NCBI RefSeq assembly: GCF_028278985.1
Contig: NZ_JANQTA010000003.1
Coordinates: 19,295-83,294, forward strand
DNA: 64,000 bases
Direction of reading: 5' to 3'
Origin: Nitrosopumilus sp.
Lineage (GTDB): Archaea; Thermoproteota; Nitrososphaeria; Nitrososphaerales; Nitrosopumilaceae
The notes beneath the pieces were generated by a model. That model saw only the letters and a program-made list of their open reading frames with translations, was not told where the DNA came from and did not search any database. Each line of letters starts with the position of its first letter. Positions within the stretch are counted from its first letter, which is position 1. Below, piece by piece: positions 9,169-18,169 of the stretch. The translations under genes and the position numbers were made by a program.

Positions 9169-9687
9169 ATGTCCAAGAAGCGATCAATTTTTCTGATCTT
9201 TGCTTTATTGATGATTTTGCCGATCTTCGATGATTCGTATGCTCACTCTATGTTCAATTCTGCTGAAAAGTTTCATTCTGGATATAGAGTTCAAGTGGCT
9301 ACTGCACCAGAATTTCCGCAGATAGATGAGCCATCACAATTTTTAGTCAAAGTCACAGATAGTGATTTTGAGGAAGTAGACAGATTCACAATGGCAATAA
9401 AATTTTTCTTTAATGGCAAACAAGTAGATACAGTTCCTCCAACTTCCATTGAAGGTGGACACTGGGACTTTGATTATGTTTGGAGAACGCAAGGGAATCA
9501 TATTGTAGAGATTTACTTGTATGACATGAATCATTCAGGAGATGTAATTGCATACAAGTTTAACATGGGAACTCAGAGTCCATTTGGATATATCTTCATT
9601 ATTGCAATTACCGTTGGTGCACTTGTATTTACCGGAGTAATGGGTTACATTTACATCCCAAAGATGTTAAAAAAATCTAGATCTTAG
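9169..9687 (+). CDS. Secreted/membrane-anchored hypothetical protein with N-terminal His after signal peptide
   Basis: Signal peptide ending S-Y-A then HSMF; beta-rich core; C-terminal TM. Confidence 0.75.
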   Translation: MSKKRSIFLIFALLMILPIFDDSYAHSMFNSAEKFHSGYRVQVATAPEFPQIDEPSQFLVKVTDSDFEEVDRFTMAIKFFFNGKQVDTVPPTSIEGGHWDFDYVWRTQGNHIVEIYLYDMNHSGDVIAYKFNMGTQSPFGYIFIIAITVGALVFTGVMGYIYIPKMLKKSRS

Positions 9688-10120
9688 CGGTAAGTGAATT
9701 TCGTACCATTCTAAATGCAAATAGAGTTGTGAGTAATACCATAGAGAATAATAAAATTCCAATTCCCAAATGAATTGCAACTAAAACTGCATGAAGTTTT
9801 GTATCGATTACTAATGCGCCCAATGTAATTTGAGTAATTACAAAAACAGTTGCAAGAGAACTCGTAACTTTGATTTTGGTTTCAGAATTTTTGTTGATTA
9901 GAGCTGCAACCATTGTAGCTATTACTAGTGCACCAGTAGTTGCTGCTGCCAATCTGTGAATCCATTCAATCAAATATTCTTCAGATGGCATAATTCCGTT
10001 TGGACATAATGGCCATTCAGGACATGTTAAACCAAGTCCTGCTGCTGAAATATATCCACCTAAGAACATTAACGAATACAACACTATCATAGTTGCTAGA
10101 GCAAGATATTGGATTGCCAA
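9677..10120 (-). CDS. ctaA: Heme A synthase, short COX15/CtaA type
   Basis: GLTCPEWPLC, EWIHR, QITLG, HLGIG; last gene of the cox operon. Confidence 0.88.
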   Translation of the reverse strand: MAIQYLALATMIVLYSLMFLGGYISAAGLGLTCPEWPLCPNGIMPSEEYLIEWIHRLAAATTGALVIATMVAALINKNSETKIKVTSSLATVFVITQITLGALVIDTKLHAVLVAIHLGIGILLFSMVLLTTLFAFRMVRNSLTAKI

Positions 10121-10127
10121 AATTTTT

Positions 10128-11084
10128 CTATTCTATTGTGATGTTACCGAGCATCCAAGGATGAACAATGCAATAGTATGGGTATTCTCCTGGCTCATCT
10201 AGTGTTACAGAAAATGTAAGTCCACCAGCAAGTATACTACTGTCAAATAGTCCATCAGGGCCATCTTGAGGATTTCCACTTGTAACTGTATGAGCTGCTG
10301 TATCATCATTTGTCCAAACAATTTCGGTTCCTGCAGATGCAGTTACGTGATATGGAATATAGCATTCATTGGTTTCTTGGCATCCAGGAACTCCAGAGCC
10401 TTCTGGGAGTGAAATTGAGCCTTCATATGCAACTGGTTCAGTTGAAACTGGTTCTTTTTCTTCCATTGGTTCTGCTTCTTTCATTGGTTCAGGTGCTGCT
10501 TCCATAACTTCTTCTTCAACAGCAACATCACCTACAATGATTTTTCCAACCATTCCTTGTTCTCTGTGACCTGGAACTGTACAGATGTAATAGTATACAC
10601 CTTCTTCACCTGCGATAAATTCTGAAGTTCCGCTTTCACCAGCTTTTAGTGGCTTTGCTGGTGATGCAACTTCTGAACCTGGAATGAGTCCACCAAAGCC
10701 TTCAGTGTCTTTAGTTACACCAAATGCGTGGAATGATACTCCATCATTTACTACATTAAAGATTACTTTGTCACCAACTTCCATGTTGATAGTTGGATTA
10801 TTGTCAGGCTCACCTGGCAATGCATTAAATGCCAAAGTGATAAAGTCTGAAGATTCGATAAATGAAAGATCAGATGTGATTGTTGCACCAGTATGGACTG
10901 CTATTTCAGTTGGTCCAGAATCTCCTGCCATCATTGCTACAACTGGGGCTGGTTCTGAAATCCAGTAGTCCCATAGTCCAAAGAAGATTGCACCGCCAAC
11001 AATACAGATACCTAACATGATTGCCATCATTTTTCCAGTTCTGCCTGGAGTAGTTCTGTAAAATTCTTGATTATCGTGACTCAT
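10128..11084 (-). CDS. Membrane-anchored blue (type 1) copper protein with two cupredoxin domains
   Basis: N-terminal TM; domain 1 H(AF)...CTVPGHREQGM; acidic linker; domain 2 H(TV)...CIVHPWM. Confidence 0.9.
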   Translation of the reverse strand: MSHDNQEFYRTTPGRTGKMMAIMLGICIVGGAIFFGLWDYWISEPAPVVAMMAGDSGPTEIAVHTGATITSDLSFIESSDFITLAFNALPGEPDNNPTINMEVGDKVIFNVVNDGVSFHAFGVTKDTEGFGGLIPGSEVASPAKPLKAGESGTSEFIAGEEGVYYYICTVPGHREQGMVGKIIVGDVAVEEEVMEAAPEPMKEAEPMEEKEPVSTEPVAYEGSISLPEGSGVPGCQETNECYIPYHVTASAGTEIVWTNDDTAAHTVTSGNPQDGPDGLFDSSILAGGLTFSVTLDEPGEYPYYCIVHPWMLGNITIE

Positions 11085-11097
11085 TTTTCATTTTCTC

Positions 11098-12624
11098 CTA
11101 GTGTGATGGGTTCTTTGCCTCAAATGGATAGTAGTACTTGCCTCCAAGACCGAATGGATCGTCTGTGTCTGCAAGTTTTCCTTTGCCAGAACTGTAAATC
11201 ATGTTATACAAGAAGATGGCCATGCTGACACCAATTACCATTGCACCTACTGATGCAATTTGGTTCATAGCAATCCATTCTGGGATTGGTGGATAATCGA
11301 AAATTCTTCTTGGCATTCCGTACAAACCAAGTACGTGTTGTGTGAAGAATACCAGTATTGTTCCTATGAATGATAAGATAAAGTGAATCTTACCCATTGT
11401 CTCATTGTACATTCTACCTGTTACGTATGGGAACATGTAGTACAAGTAACCAATGGAACCAAATGCAATTGTTCCCATCACAAAGAGATGGAAGTGACCA
11501 ACTACCCAGTAAGTATCGTGTGTTGTAAAGTCTAATGGCATTGCACTGTTAACGACACCACCTGCACCTGCAGAGAAGAATAATGCAATTCCTCCAACGG
11601 CCCACATCATTGGTGTTGAGAATCTAATTCTACCATTCCACATTGTTGCAACAAAGTTGAATACGTGCATTGCAGATGCTGGAACAGCAGCCAGAGTACC
11701 TACCATGAAAACAGTTTTTTCTGTAAATGACATTCCGGTTGCATACATGTGGTGTGCCCATGATGAGAAACCGACAATAGATAATAGAACAAATGCAAAG
11801 ACACCAGAATTGTAACTAAAGATTGGTTTTCTAGAGAACCTTGGAATTATTTCATACATCATACCAATTGCAGGAATTACCAAGACATAGACTTCTGGAT
11901 GGAAAGTAAACCAGAACAAGTGTGCATATGCAATTGGATCTCCTCCCATTGCAGGATTAAAGAATCCACTTACACCAAGTCTATCAGTAAGTAACATCAA
12001 AAGTGCAGCTGCAAATGTTGGAATTGCAACAAGAATAATCAATGATGAAGACAAGAATGACCATGCAAGTAATGGGACTTGACCAATGGACATATCCGGA
12101 TGTTTACATTTTAGAATTGTAACTACAAAGTTTATCGCTCCCAGAACTGACGATATACCTAGAATCTTTAATCCAAATATCCACATGTCAGCAGCAGGAC
12201 CGGGTGCACTGATAATTGAGTACGGTGGAGTTGCATACCAAGTAAAGTCTGCAAATCCTAACCAGATTAGTGCTCCAGATGGAGGAATCATCCAAAATGC
12301 AATTGCATTAAGTTTTGGATAAGCCATATCCTTGTATCTGACCATAATTGGAACATAGTAGTTACCAACGGCAGATGCAAATGGAATGATAAACAAGAAG
12401 ATCAACGTTGTTCCGTGAACAGTAAAGATTCTGTTGAATGTCATTGCATCAGCAATTATTTGAGCTCCAGGCAAGAAGAGTTCTGCTCTAATTGCAAGTG
12501 CCAAAGCACCACCTAAGAATAAGAATCCTAATGATGAAATGAGATAAAGTAATCCAACATCAGTGTGATGTGTTGAGAACATAATTTGCCAAATTGGACG
12601 TGGTTTTTGTAATTCTAGAACCAT
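11098..12624 (-). CDS. coxA: Heme-copper oxidase subunit I
   Basis: TVHG, WFTFHPEVY, WAHHM, VVGHFH conserved heme/CuB ligands. Confidence 0.97.
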   Translation of the reverse strand: MVLELQKPRPIWQIMFSTHHTDVGLLYLISSLGFLFLGGALALAIRAELFLPGAQIIADAMTFNRIFTVHGTTLIFLFIIPFASAVGNYYVPIMVRYKDMAYPKLNAIAFWMIPPSGALIWLGFADFTWYATPPYSIISAPGPAADMWIFGLKILGISSVLGAINFVVTILKCKHPDMSIGQVPLLAWSFLSSSLIILVAIPTFAAALLMLLTDRLGVSGFFNPAMGGDPIAYAHLFWFTFHPEVYVLVIPAIGMMYEIIPRFSRKPIFSYNSGVFAFVLLSIVGFSSWAHHMYATGMSFTEKTVFMVGTLAAVPASAMHVFNFVATMWNGRIRFSTPMMWAVGGIALFFSAGAGGVVNSAMPLDFTTHDTYWVVGHFHLFVMGTIAFGSIGYLYYMFPYVTGRMYNETMGKIHFILSFIGTILVFFTQHVLGLYGMPRRIFDYPPIPEWIAMNQIASVGAMVIGVSMAIFLYNMIYSSGKGKLADTDDPFGLGGKYYYPFEAKNPSH

Positions 12625-12673
12625 TAGTTAATCTCTCCATTTAGTACATTTGGAATTTGTGATAAAAGCGTTG

Positions 12674-13105
12674 TCAAGATGATGGTTCCTCCACAATTAA
12701 TTTTCCTCTCATGTTATAATGAATTAATCCACAGTATTCTCTGCATTGGATATCGTGTTCTCCTACTTTATCTGGTGCAAACCAAACGGTATTGACTCTA
12801 CCAGGAATAGCATCTATCAAAACTACATAATCGTGAATATTGAATGAATGGTTAACATCTGTTGCCATCACTTCAAATTTGTAAGCTTTACCCTTTTCAA
12901 CATGTAGCTCACCTATTTCTTTTGTACCATCTTCATGTTCAAAAGTCCAGAACCACTGTTGTCCAGTTACTTTGATTACTTTGGCATCTTCAGGAACGTG
13001 CTCAACAAGTCTTTCTGCTTCCCATGCTTCTGCACCTACCCAAGTCATTAATGCAATTACGATTCCAACGTAAATCCATTCAGGCCAATTAGAGTGTCCA
13101 CCCAT
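12674..13105 (-). CDS. coxB: Heme-copper oxidase subunit II, CuA domain
   Basis: GQQWFW, DVNHSF, CREYCGLIHYNM CuA motif. Confidence 0.95.
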   Translation of the reverse strand: MGGHSNWPEWIYVGIVIALMTWVGAEAWEAERLVEHVPEDAKVIKVTGQQWFWTFEHEDGTKEIGELHVEKGKAYKFEVMATDVNHSFNIHDYVVLIDAIPGRVNTVWFAPDKVGEHDIQCREYCGLIHYNMRGKLIVEEPSS

Positions 13106-13107
13106 TT

Positions 13108-13368
13108 CTACCAGTCCGTACCCTCATATGGTGTTGGTTTTGCTTTTGGATGAGATTCTCTAAATCTCCAAACTAACCAAATAATTGTTCCAGATACTAC
13201 TGCACCTACTGTAAATGCAACAGTCATCATTCTAAAGAATAAGTTCCAAATAATCACTCTACGATCAAGATATTCTCCTGGTTCATCTCCAGCAGCAAAG
13301 GCTGATTCTAAAGCAGGAATTATAACTAAAACTGCCATTACTAAGAATAATCCGACCATCCACTTCAT
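13108..13368 (-). CDS. Separate N-terminal TM module of oxidase subunit II
   Basis: Signal plus TM ending VWRFRE, like the CoxII TM domain; 2 nt from coxB. Confidence 0.7.
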   Translation of the reverse strand: MKWMVGLFLVMAVLVIIPALESAFAAGDEPGEYLDRRVIIWNLFFRMMTVAFTVGAVVSGTIIWLVWRFRESHPKAKPTPYEGTDW

Positions 13369-13397
13369 AGCGATTGACTGTCGTGACCTTTGATTTC

Positions 13398-13405
13398 TAT
13401 TTAAG
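13398..13405 (-). promoter_or_regulatory. Putative TATA box of cox operon
   Basis: AAACC-CTTAAATA on the minus strand, about 30-37 nt upstream of the 13368 ATG. Confidence 0.5.
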
Positions 13406-13423
13406 GGTTTTCAAGATTACTAG

Positions 13424-14056
13424 TTACCAACCCTGATCGAATCTTGAAGGGTGCATTACATTAAGTCCGGAAATGGAAAATTTTCGATCTTTTTCTCTAA
13501 AGATATTGAGAGATGCATTTGCAATAATTAGTTCAAAGAGATTTGTCGGAGAGAGTTCTACAATTGTAGATAGCATTGCTTTGATAGGATCCATATGAGT
13601 TACAAGAACCACGTTTTCATCAGGATGTTTTTCAAGAACATGATCAACAATTCCTAGAACACGAGATTTTACTTGAGAGAAAGTCTCAACACCATTATGA
13701 GCAATTTCTAATTCTCCATTATAGAATTTCATAAAGACATTACCATGACTGTTAAAAATTTCATCATAAGCCATTCCAGTAAATTTTCCCATATCAAGTT
13801 CAATTAATCTTTCATCAATAGATACATCAATAGAATTATGTTTTCCAACAATTTCTGCAGTATGTTTTGCTCTCTGAATAGGACTTGAATAAATTGCAGA
13901 AATATTCATGTGTTCAAGTAATTCAGCAGTATGTTCTGCCTGTTTTACACCAGTATCTGTTAATGGAACACCTTCAGTTCTTCCTGCAAGAATACGTTCA
14001 GTGTTATTTTTTGCCTGACCATGTCTAAGGAAAATTATTTGTCCCATATTGCTCAA
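13424..14056 (-). CDS. Histidine phosphatase family (phosphoglycerate mutase-like)
   Basis: FLRHGQ, SSPIQRA, LVTH motifs. Confidence 0.9.
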   Translation of the reverse strand: MSNMGQIIFLRHGQAKNNTERILAGRTEGVPLTDTGVKQAEHTAELLEHMNISAIYSSPIQRAKHTAEIVGKHNSIDVSIDERLIELDMGKFTGMAYDEIFNSHGNVFMKFYNGELEIAHNGVETFSQVKSRVLGIVDHVLEKHPDENVVLVTHMDPIKAMLSTIVELSPTNLFELIIANASLNIFREKDRKFSISGLNVMHPSRFDQGW

Positions 14057-14097
14057 ATTTCAAATAGAGATAATAATAACATTATCAGAGGTATATT

Positions 14098-14769
14098 ATG
14101 AAAGTTGGAATTATTGGTGGAACAGGTGGAATGGGCAAAGGATTTGCTCTAAGATGGTCACAAAATCATGATGTAATAGTTGGCTCTAGAGATGCTGCAA
14201 GAGCAGCTGAATCTGCTTCTGAGTATACAAATCTTGCAAAAGAAGCATTTGGAGAAATTAAAGGAACAATTTCGGGAAACGATAATGTTTCAGTTGCAAA
14301 AGAAAGTGATATTTTGATTTTATCAATTCCATATGAAAATATTGATACTGTGTGTTCAGGAATTCTTTCAGAAATAAAAGATAGTTGTGTTGTTGTCTCA
14401 CCAATTGTTCCAATGACAAAAACAGATGTTGGTTTTGAATGTGTATCAATTAAAGACAATAAACCATTTTCATACAAACTTGTTTCAAATCACATGAAAG
14501 ATAAATCAAAACTAGTTTCAGCATTTCACGTAATTTCAGAGAAAAAACTTGTCAACCCAACATTGGAATTAGATTATGACATTTTTGTTTGTGGAGATGA
14601 CAAGGAAGCTGTAAATTCAGTTAATACACTAATTGATGAAATCAAAGGACTCCGTTCAATTTACTTGGGTCCAATTGAGCTTTCATATCTTGCAGAAATG
14701 TCAACACCATTGCTTCTAAATGCAATGATTCAAAACAAGATAAAAAATCCTGGAATAAAAATTATCTAA
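14098..14769 (+). CDS. npdG: NADPH-dependent F420 reductase
   Basis: IIGGTGGMGKGFA, VGSRD, VSAFHVIS. Confidence 0.88.
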   Translation: MKVGIIGGTGGMGKGFALRWSQNHDVIVGSRDAARAAESASEYTNLAKEAFGEIKGTISGNDNVSVAKESDILILSIPYENIDTVCSGILSEIKDSCVVVSPIVPMTKTDVGFECVSIKDNKPFSYKLVSNHMKDKSKLVSAFHVISEKKLVNPTLELDYDIFVCGDDKEAVNSVNTLIDEIKGLRSIYLGPIELSYLAEMSTPLLLNAMIQNKIKNPGIKII

Positions 14770-14788
14770 GTCGGAAATTCTGACTATT

Positions 14789-15022
14789 ATGAGCCACGAA
14801 TATTATAGACGAGGCAAAAATTGGTTTACTGCCATAGGCATAATGTTTTGTGTGATGGGAGGAATAGTTCTCATTCAGCAGTTACTAATTTGGGGTATTG
14901 AATTTGTCATAGATTTTATGGTAAATGGAGAAATAACAAATGAAAAAGTTTCAGTTGCAATGATTGGATTTGGAGTTTTTATGGTAGCATTAGGATTTAG
15001 AAAGCATGACCAAAAAAGATGA
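14789..15022 (+). CDS. Small two-TM hypothetical protein
   Basis: 77 aa, two hydrophobic helices; overlaps the next gene. Confidence 0.7.
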   Translation: MSHEYYRRGKNWFTAIGIMFCVMGGIVLIQQLLIWGIEFVIDFMVNGEITNEKVSVAMIGFGVFMVALGFRKHDQKR

Positions 15023-15407
15023 ATTTTTAAAATCACAAAAAATTTTGCGTTTAGCTACATTAGGAAAAAATAATTCTCCACATATTGTTCCTGTTTGGTA
15101 TTTGTACAGTGCAAAGAAATTCTATATTGGAACAAACACTAGAACACAAAAAGCAAAAAATATCAAAAAAAATAAAAAAATTTCATTTTGTATTGATACA
15201 GGAGTTAATGCACCAAATATCTATGGTGTTATGGGTCAAGGTAAAGCCAATTTGATTTTAGAAGAATCTAAAATGAAACGGATTGCAAAAAAAATTCTTT
15301 TAAGATATTTTACAACTTTGAATAAAAAATCTGCAAGAGAATTGCTTGAAGATACTGATTGTATAATTGAAATTATTCCTGAAAAGTTGACATTGTGGAG
15401 TTATTGA
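15006..15407 (+). CDS. Pyridoxamine 5'-phosphate oxidase-like (PPOX, possibly F420-binding) protein
   Basis: LATL...PHIVPVWY...KAKNI...ISFCID split-barrel signature. Confidence 0.85.
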   Translation: MTKKDEFLKSQKILRLATLGKNNSPHIVPVWYLYSAKKFYIGTNTRTQKAKNIKKNKKISFCIDTGVNAPNIYGVMGQGKANLILEESKMKRIAKKILLRYFTTLNKKSARELLEDTDCIIEIIPEKLTLWSY

Positions 15408-16576
15408 CTAACAAAATCTTCAATTTTGTTCATTGCAGAATCTAAAATTTCTAAACTTGGAAGATAAACTAATCTAAAATGCCCACTTCCATATTGTTCG
15501 CCAAATCCTGAACCATGAACAGTCAAAACACCTTTTGATTCCAATAGTTTTGTAACAAATTCTTTGTCAGAGCCAAACTTGTTGTCTTCAATTTTTGGAA
15601 ATGCGTAAAATGCTCCTTTAGGATTTGGACATGAGATTCCAGGCATTTCATTAAGTCGTTTAACTACAAGATCTCTTCTCTTTTTAATTTCAGAAACAAA
15701 ACCCTGAACATAGTCTTGTGGACCACGAAGAGATTCTAATGCAGCATGTTGAACTGGAAGACTGGTTGCAATTCTAACTCTAGCTAATTTGGGCAGATTT
15801 TCCTGAATTGCCAGTAATTTTGGTGATTGATTAAATGCAATATATCCAATTCTCCATCCTGACATTAGATGGACTTTAGAAAATCCGTTTAGAACTATAA
15901 CTGGAGAATCACCTGCAACTTTGCCAATTCCTACAAATTTTTCATCAAAGATAATTTGATCATAGATTTCATCACAGATTATGTACAGATTATGTTGATT
16001 TGCAATGTTTACTAGTTCTTTGAGTGATTTTTCATTAAAGACAACACCAGTAGGATTGTTTGGACTGATTAAACAAATTGCAACTGTTTTTGGAGTAATT
16101 TTGGATTTTATATCATCAATGTCTGGTGTTGAATTATTCAAATCAACTCCAAATTCTACAGGAATTCCTCCATGGAGTCGAACATAGGATGCATAAGGAG
16201 GATAATAAGGACCAGGTAACAGAACTTCATCACCTTCTTCAACAATAGAAGATATGACCATGTCCAAGCCTTCAGATACACCATTTGTCACTAGAATTTC
16301 ATCAGCAGAAATGGACAAGCCTTTTGCATTTTCTTTTTTAGCAATTTCTTGTCTTAGTTCTAGTAAACCTTCAGAAGTTGAATAGTAATTTTCACCTTTG
16401 TTGATTGCATCAATTAATGCTTGTTTGACATTATTTGGTGGTTGAAAACCAAATTGTACAGGATCACCTATGTTAAGATAATCTACTTGCATTCCTTTTT
16501 CTTGGACTTTACGTGCTGCAAGAACAATATCCCTAATGGCATACTCTACTCCTGCTACTTTTTTTGATACCTTCAA
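15401..16576 (-). CDS. Class I/II PLP aminotransferase (AlaA/AspC-like)
   Basis: LNIGDP, TNGVSEG, SPNNPTG, DEIYD, GFSKVHLMSGWRIG; start moved to TTG 16576 because the track start overlaps a tRNA. Confidence 0.9.
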   Translation of the reverse strand: MKVSKKVAGVEYAIRDIVLAARKVQEKGMQVDYLNIGDPVQFGFQPPNNVKQALIDAINKGENYYSTSEGLLELRQEIAKKENAKGLSISADEILVTNGVSEGLDMVISSIVEEGDEVLLPGPYYPPYASYVRLHGGIPVEFGVDLNNSTPDIDDIKSKITPKTVAICLISPNNPTGVVFNEKSLKELVNIANQHNLYIICDEIYDQIIFDEKFVGIGKVAGDSPVIVLNGFSKVHLMSGWRIGYIAFNQSPKLLAIQENLPKLARVRIATSLPVQHAALESLRGPQDYVQGFVSEIKKRRDLVVKRLNEMPGISCPNPKGAFYAFPKIEDNKFGSDKEFVTKLLESKGVLTVHGSGFGEQYGSGHFRLVYLPSLEILDSAMNKIEDFVSQ

Positions 16577-16620
16577 AGTATCTAGACAGATATTTAGGCC
16601 CGTTAAAGTCTTACTTTTTT

Positions 16621-16695
16621 GGACTCGTTGCACAGCCTGGATAGTGCGGGCGGCTTCGAACCGCCAGGTCGAGGGATCGAAGCCCTCCGAGCCCT
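16621..16695 (+). tRNA. tRNA-Arg(TCG), atypical
   Basis: D-arm GCAC/GTGC; anticodon arm GGCGG-CTTCGAA-CCGCC; T-arm GAGGG-ATCGAAG-CCCTC; A3:C70 mismatch. Confidence 0.9.
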
Positions 16696-16716
16696 TTAGA
16701 TTATCTTATTAATCAA

Positions 16717-17229
16717 GTGTTTTTCATTGTTGATGAAGTGAAACTATCATTATTCAAAATAGGATTAATTTTAGTAGTTTCAGGAAGTATTTGGATTGCA
16801 GTAATTTTTGAAAATAATGAAAGAGTTCATGATGAAGTAAGTCTTAAACAAAGTACGTCATTTGAGATTAAATCTAGTTTTATAGGAAGTGATATTGGAT
16901 TTTACAGAGTATTCATGCCTGAATTTGATGGTGAAGAGATTTTTGTTCAAACATTAGATCCAAATGAGAATATTCTTGAAGAAAAGAAAATTCAAACAAA
17001 ATTATCTGTAGGATATTTTGATTATAATACAAATGGCATACATACAATAAAAATTACAAATATTTCAAAAAATTCAGTTTACATTCAACTTGAATTAGGT
17101 GATACAAATTCTAAAGAAATGATTCCAGCAGGAATTTTGATTCTAGTAGGTTCTATTACTTTGATAATAATGTCTTACTTTAAACTAAGAAATTACAATA
17201 TGGCGCAGCCTGATGAAAATATTTCATAA
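16717..17229 (+). CDS. Hypothetical membrane protein (N- and C-terminal TM)
   Basis: Two terminal hydrophobic helices flanking a beta-rich domain. Confidence 0.75.
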   Translation: MFFIVDEVKLSLFKIGLILVVSGSIWIAVIFENNERVHDEVSLKQSTSFEIKSSFIGSDIGFYRVFMPEFDGEEIFVQTLDPNENILEEKKIQTKLSVGYFDYNTNGIHTIKITNISKNSVYIQLELGDTNSKEMIPAGILILVGSITLIIMSYFKLRNYNMAQPDENIS

Positions 17230-17786
17230 ACAGGAATACATTGGATAGTATGACCAATTATCAAAACTAGATTAAATGCCAACCAAATTGTAAAAAATAA
17301 AAATGCAATTATTGAGAATGGTAGTATAAATCGAAGTTTTGTATGCTCTCTATTTTTAATAATGAAAACAGCACCAAGTGATGCCAATACAAGTCCCAAT
17401 TCAAGAGGTTGATGAGACCAAGAGACTAGTCCGTCAATTCCAAAAAGATCATGAGACAAAGAATCACCAAATCCAGAAATAATTTGGATAATAGATCCAA
17501 TTATTACAAGTTGGATTCCAGTTTTTAGAAATCCAGAAACAGATTTTTTGTAAAGTAGAATACCTCCTAAAACTGCGCCAATTGAAGAAATTGTTACTCC
17601 TGTATAGACTACAATGTGAGGAGTACTCCAAAAGAACTCTGGCTCATTTTGAAGATGAGAAATAGCATCCCAAAATCCGGCAGAAACCACAATGATAGGA
17701 CCAATAACTGCCAAAATTGAGACAAATGATAGCAGTGTGTTAGGTTTTGTTAAAGTTGATTTTGAAATTCTTTGAATCAATTTCAT
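17193..17786 (-). CDS. Polytopic membrane protein with two DxxxH-x12-H motifs
   Basis: D40/H44/H57 (WDAISH...STPH) and D108/H112/H125 (GDSLSH...SWSH). Confidence 0.8.
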   Translation of the reverse strand: MKLIQRISKSTLTKPNTLLSFVSILAVIGPIIVVSAGFWDAISHLQNEPEFFWSTPHIVVYTGVTISSIGAVLGGILLYKKSVSGFLKTGIQLVIIGSIIQIISGFGDSLSHDLFGIDGLVSWSHQPLELGLVLASLGAVFIIKNREHTKLRFILPFSIIAFLFFTIWLAFNLVLIIGHTIQCIPVYEIFSSGCAIL

Positions 17787-17884
17787 TGTGATTGCACTTT
17801 GAATAAGGAATATTTGAAATATTGTAAGTATATCAATTTGGAAAAATACACTCCAAGCCTAATTTTATTAATTAACTATATTAC

Positions 17885-18145
17885 ATGAAGAATAGAAGAA
17901 AGATTATGAGTCCTGGAATAGGGTTAATGAAGAGAAGGCTAGAAAAAGAAAAAGATGCAATAGCTCTTGCTGTATCCGGAATTGCTAAAGAATACAATAT
18001 CAAACCTGAAGAAACAAAGACTTTGGAAACAAAATATGATGATGATGCAGGTGATTGGTATGTGGCATTGGGATGGCTAGAAAAACGAGCAATAGTAAAG
18101 ATGGATTCTGTTCAAGGAACAATTACTGAAATTAAAGAAATTTAA
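17885..18145 (+). CDS. Conserved-looking small hypothetical protein
   Basis: 86 aa ORF with normal codon usage. Confidence 0.7.
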   Translation: MKNRRKIMSPGIGLMKRRLEKEKDAIALAVSGIAKEYNIKPEETKTLETKYDDDAGDWYVALGWLEKRAIVKMDSVQGTITEIKEI

Positions 18146-18169
18146 TTATCCAAAAATTATTGATACTGT

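Noticed and set aside
16577-16633. ORF-track N-terminal extension of the aminotransferase
   Set aside because: It runs into tRNA-Arg and its promoter; TTG at 16576 is the better start.
251-16695. Integrated element at any of the three tRNAs
   Set aside because: No integrase, transposase or duplicated tRNA 3' end (att) was seen in the window.
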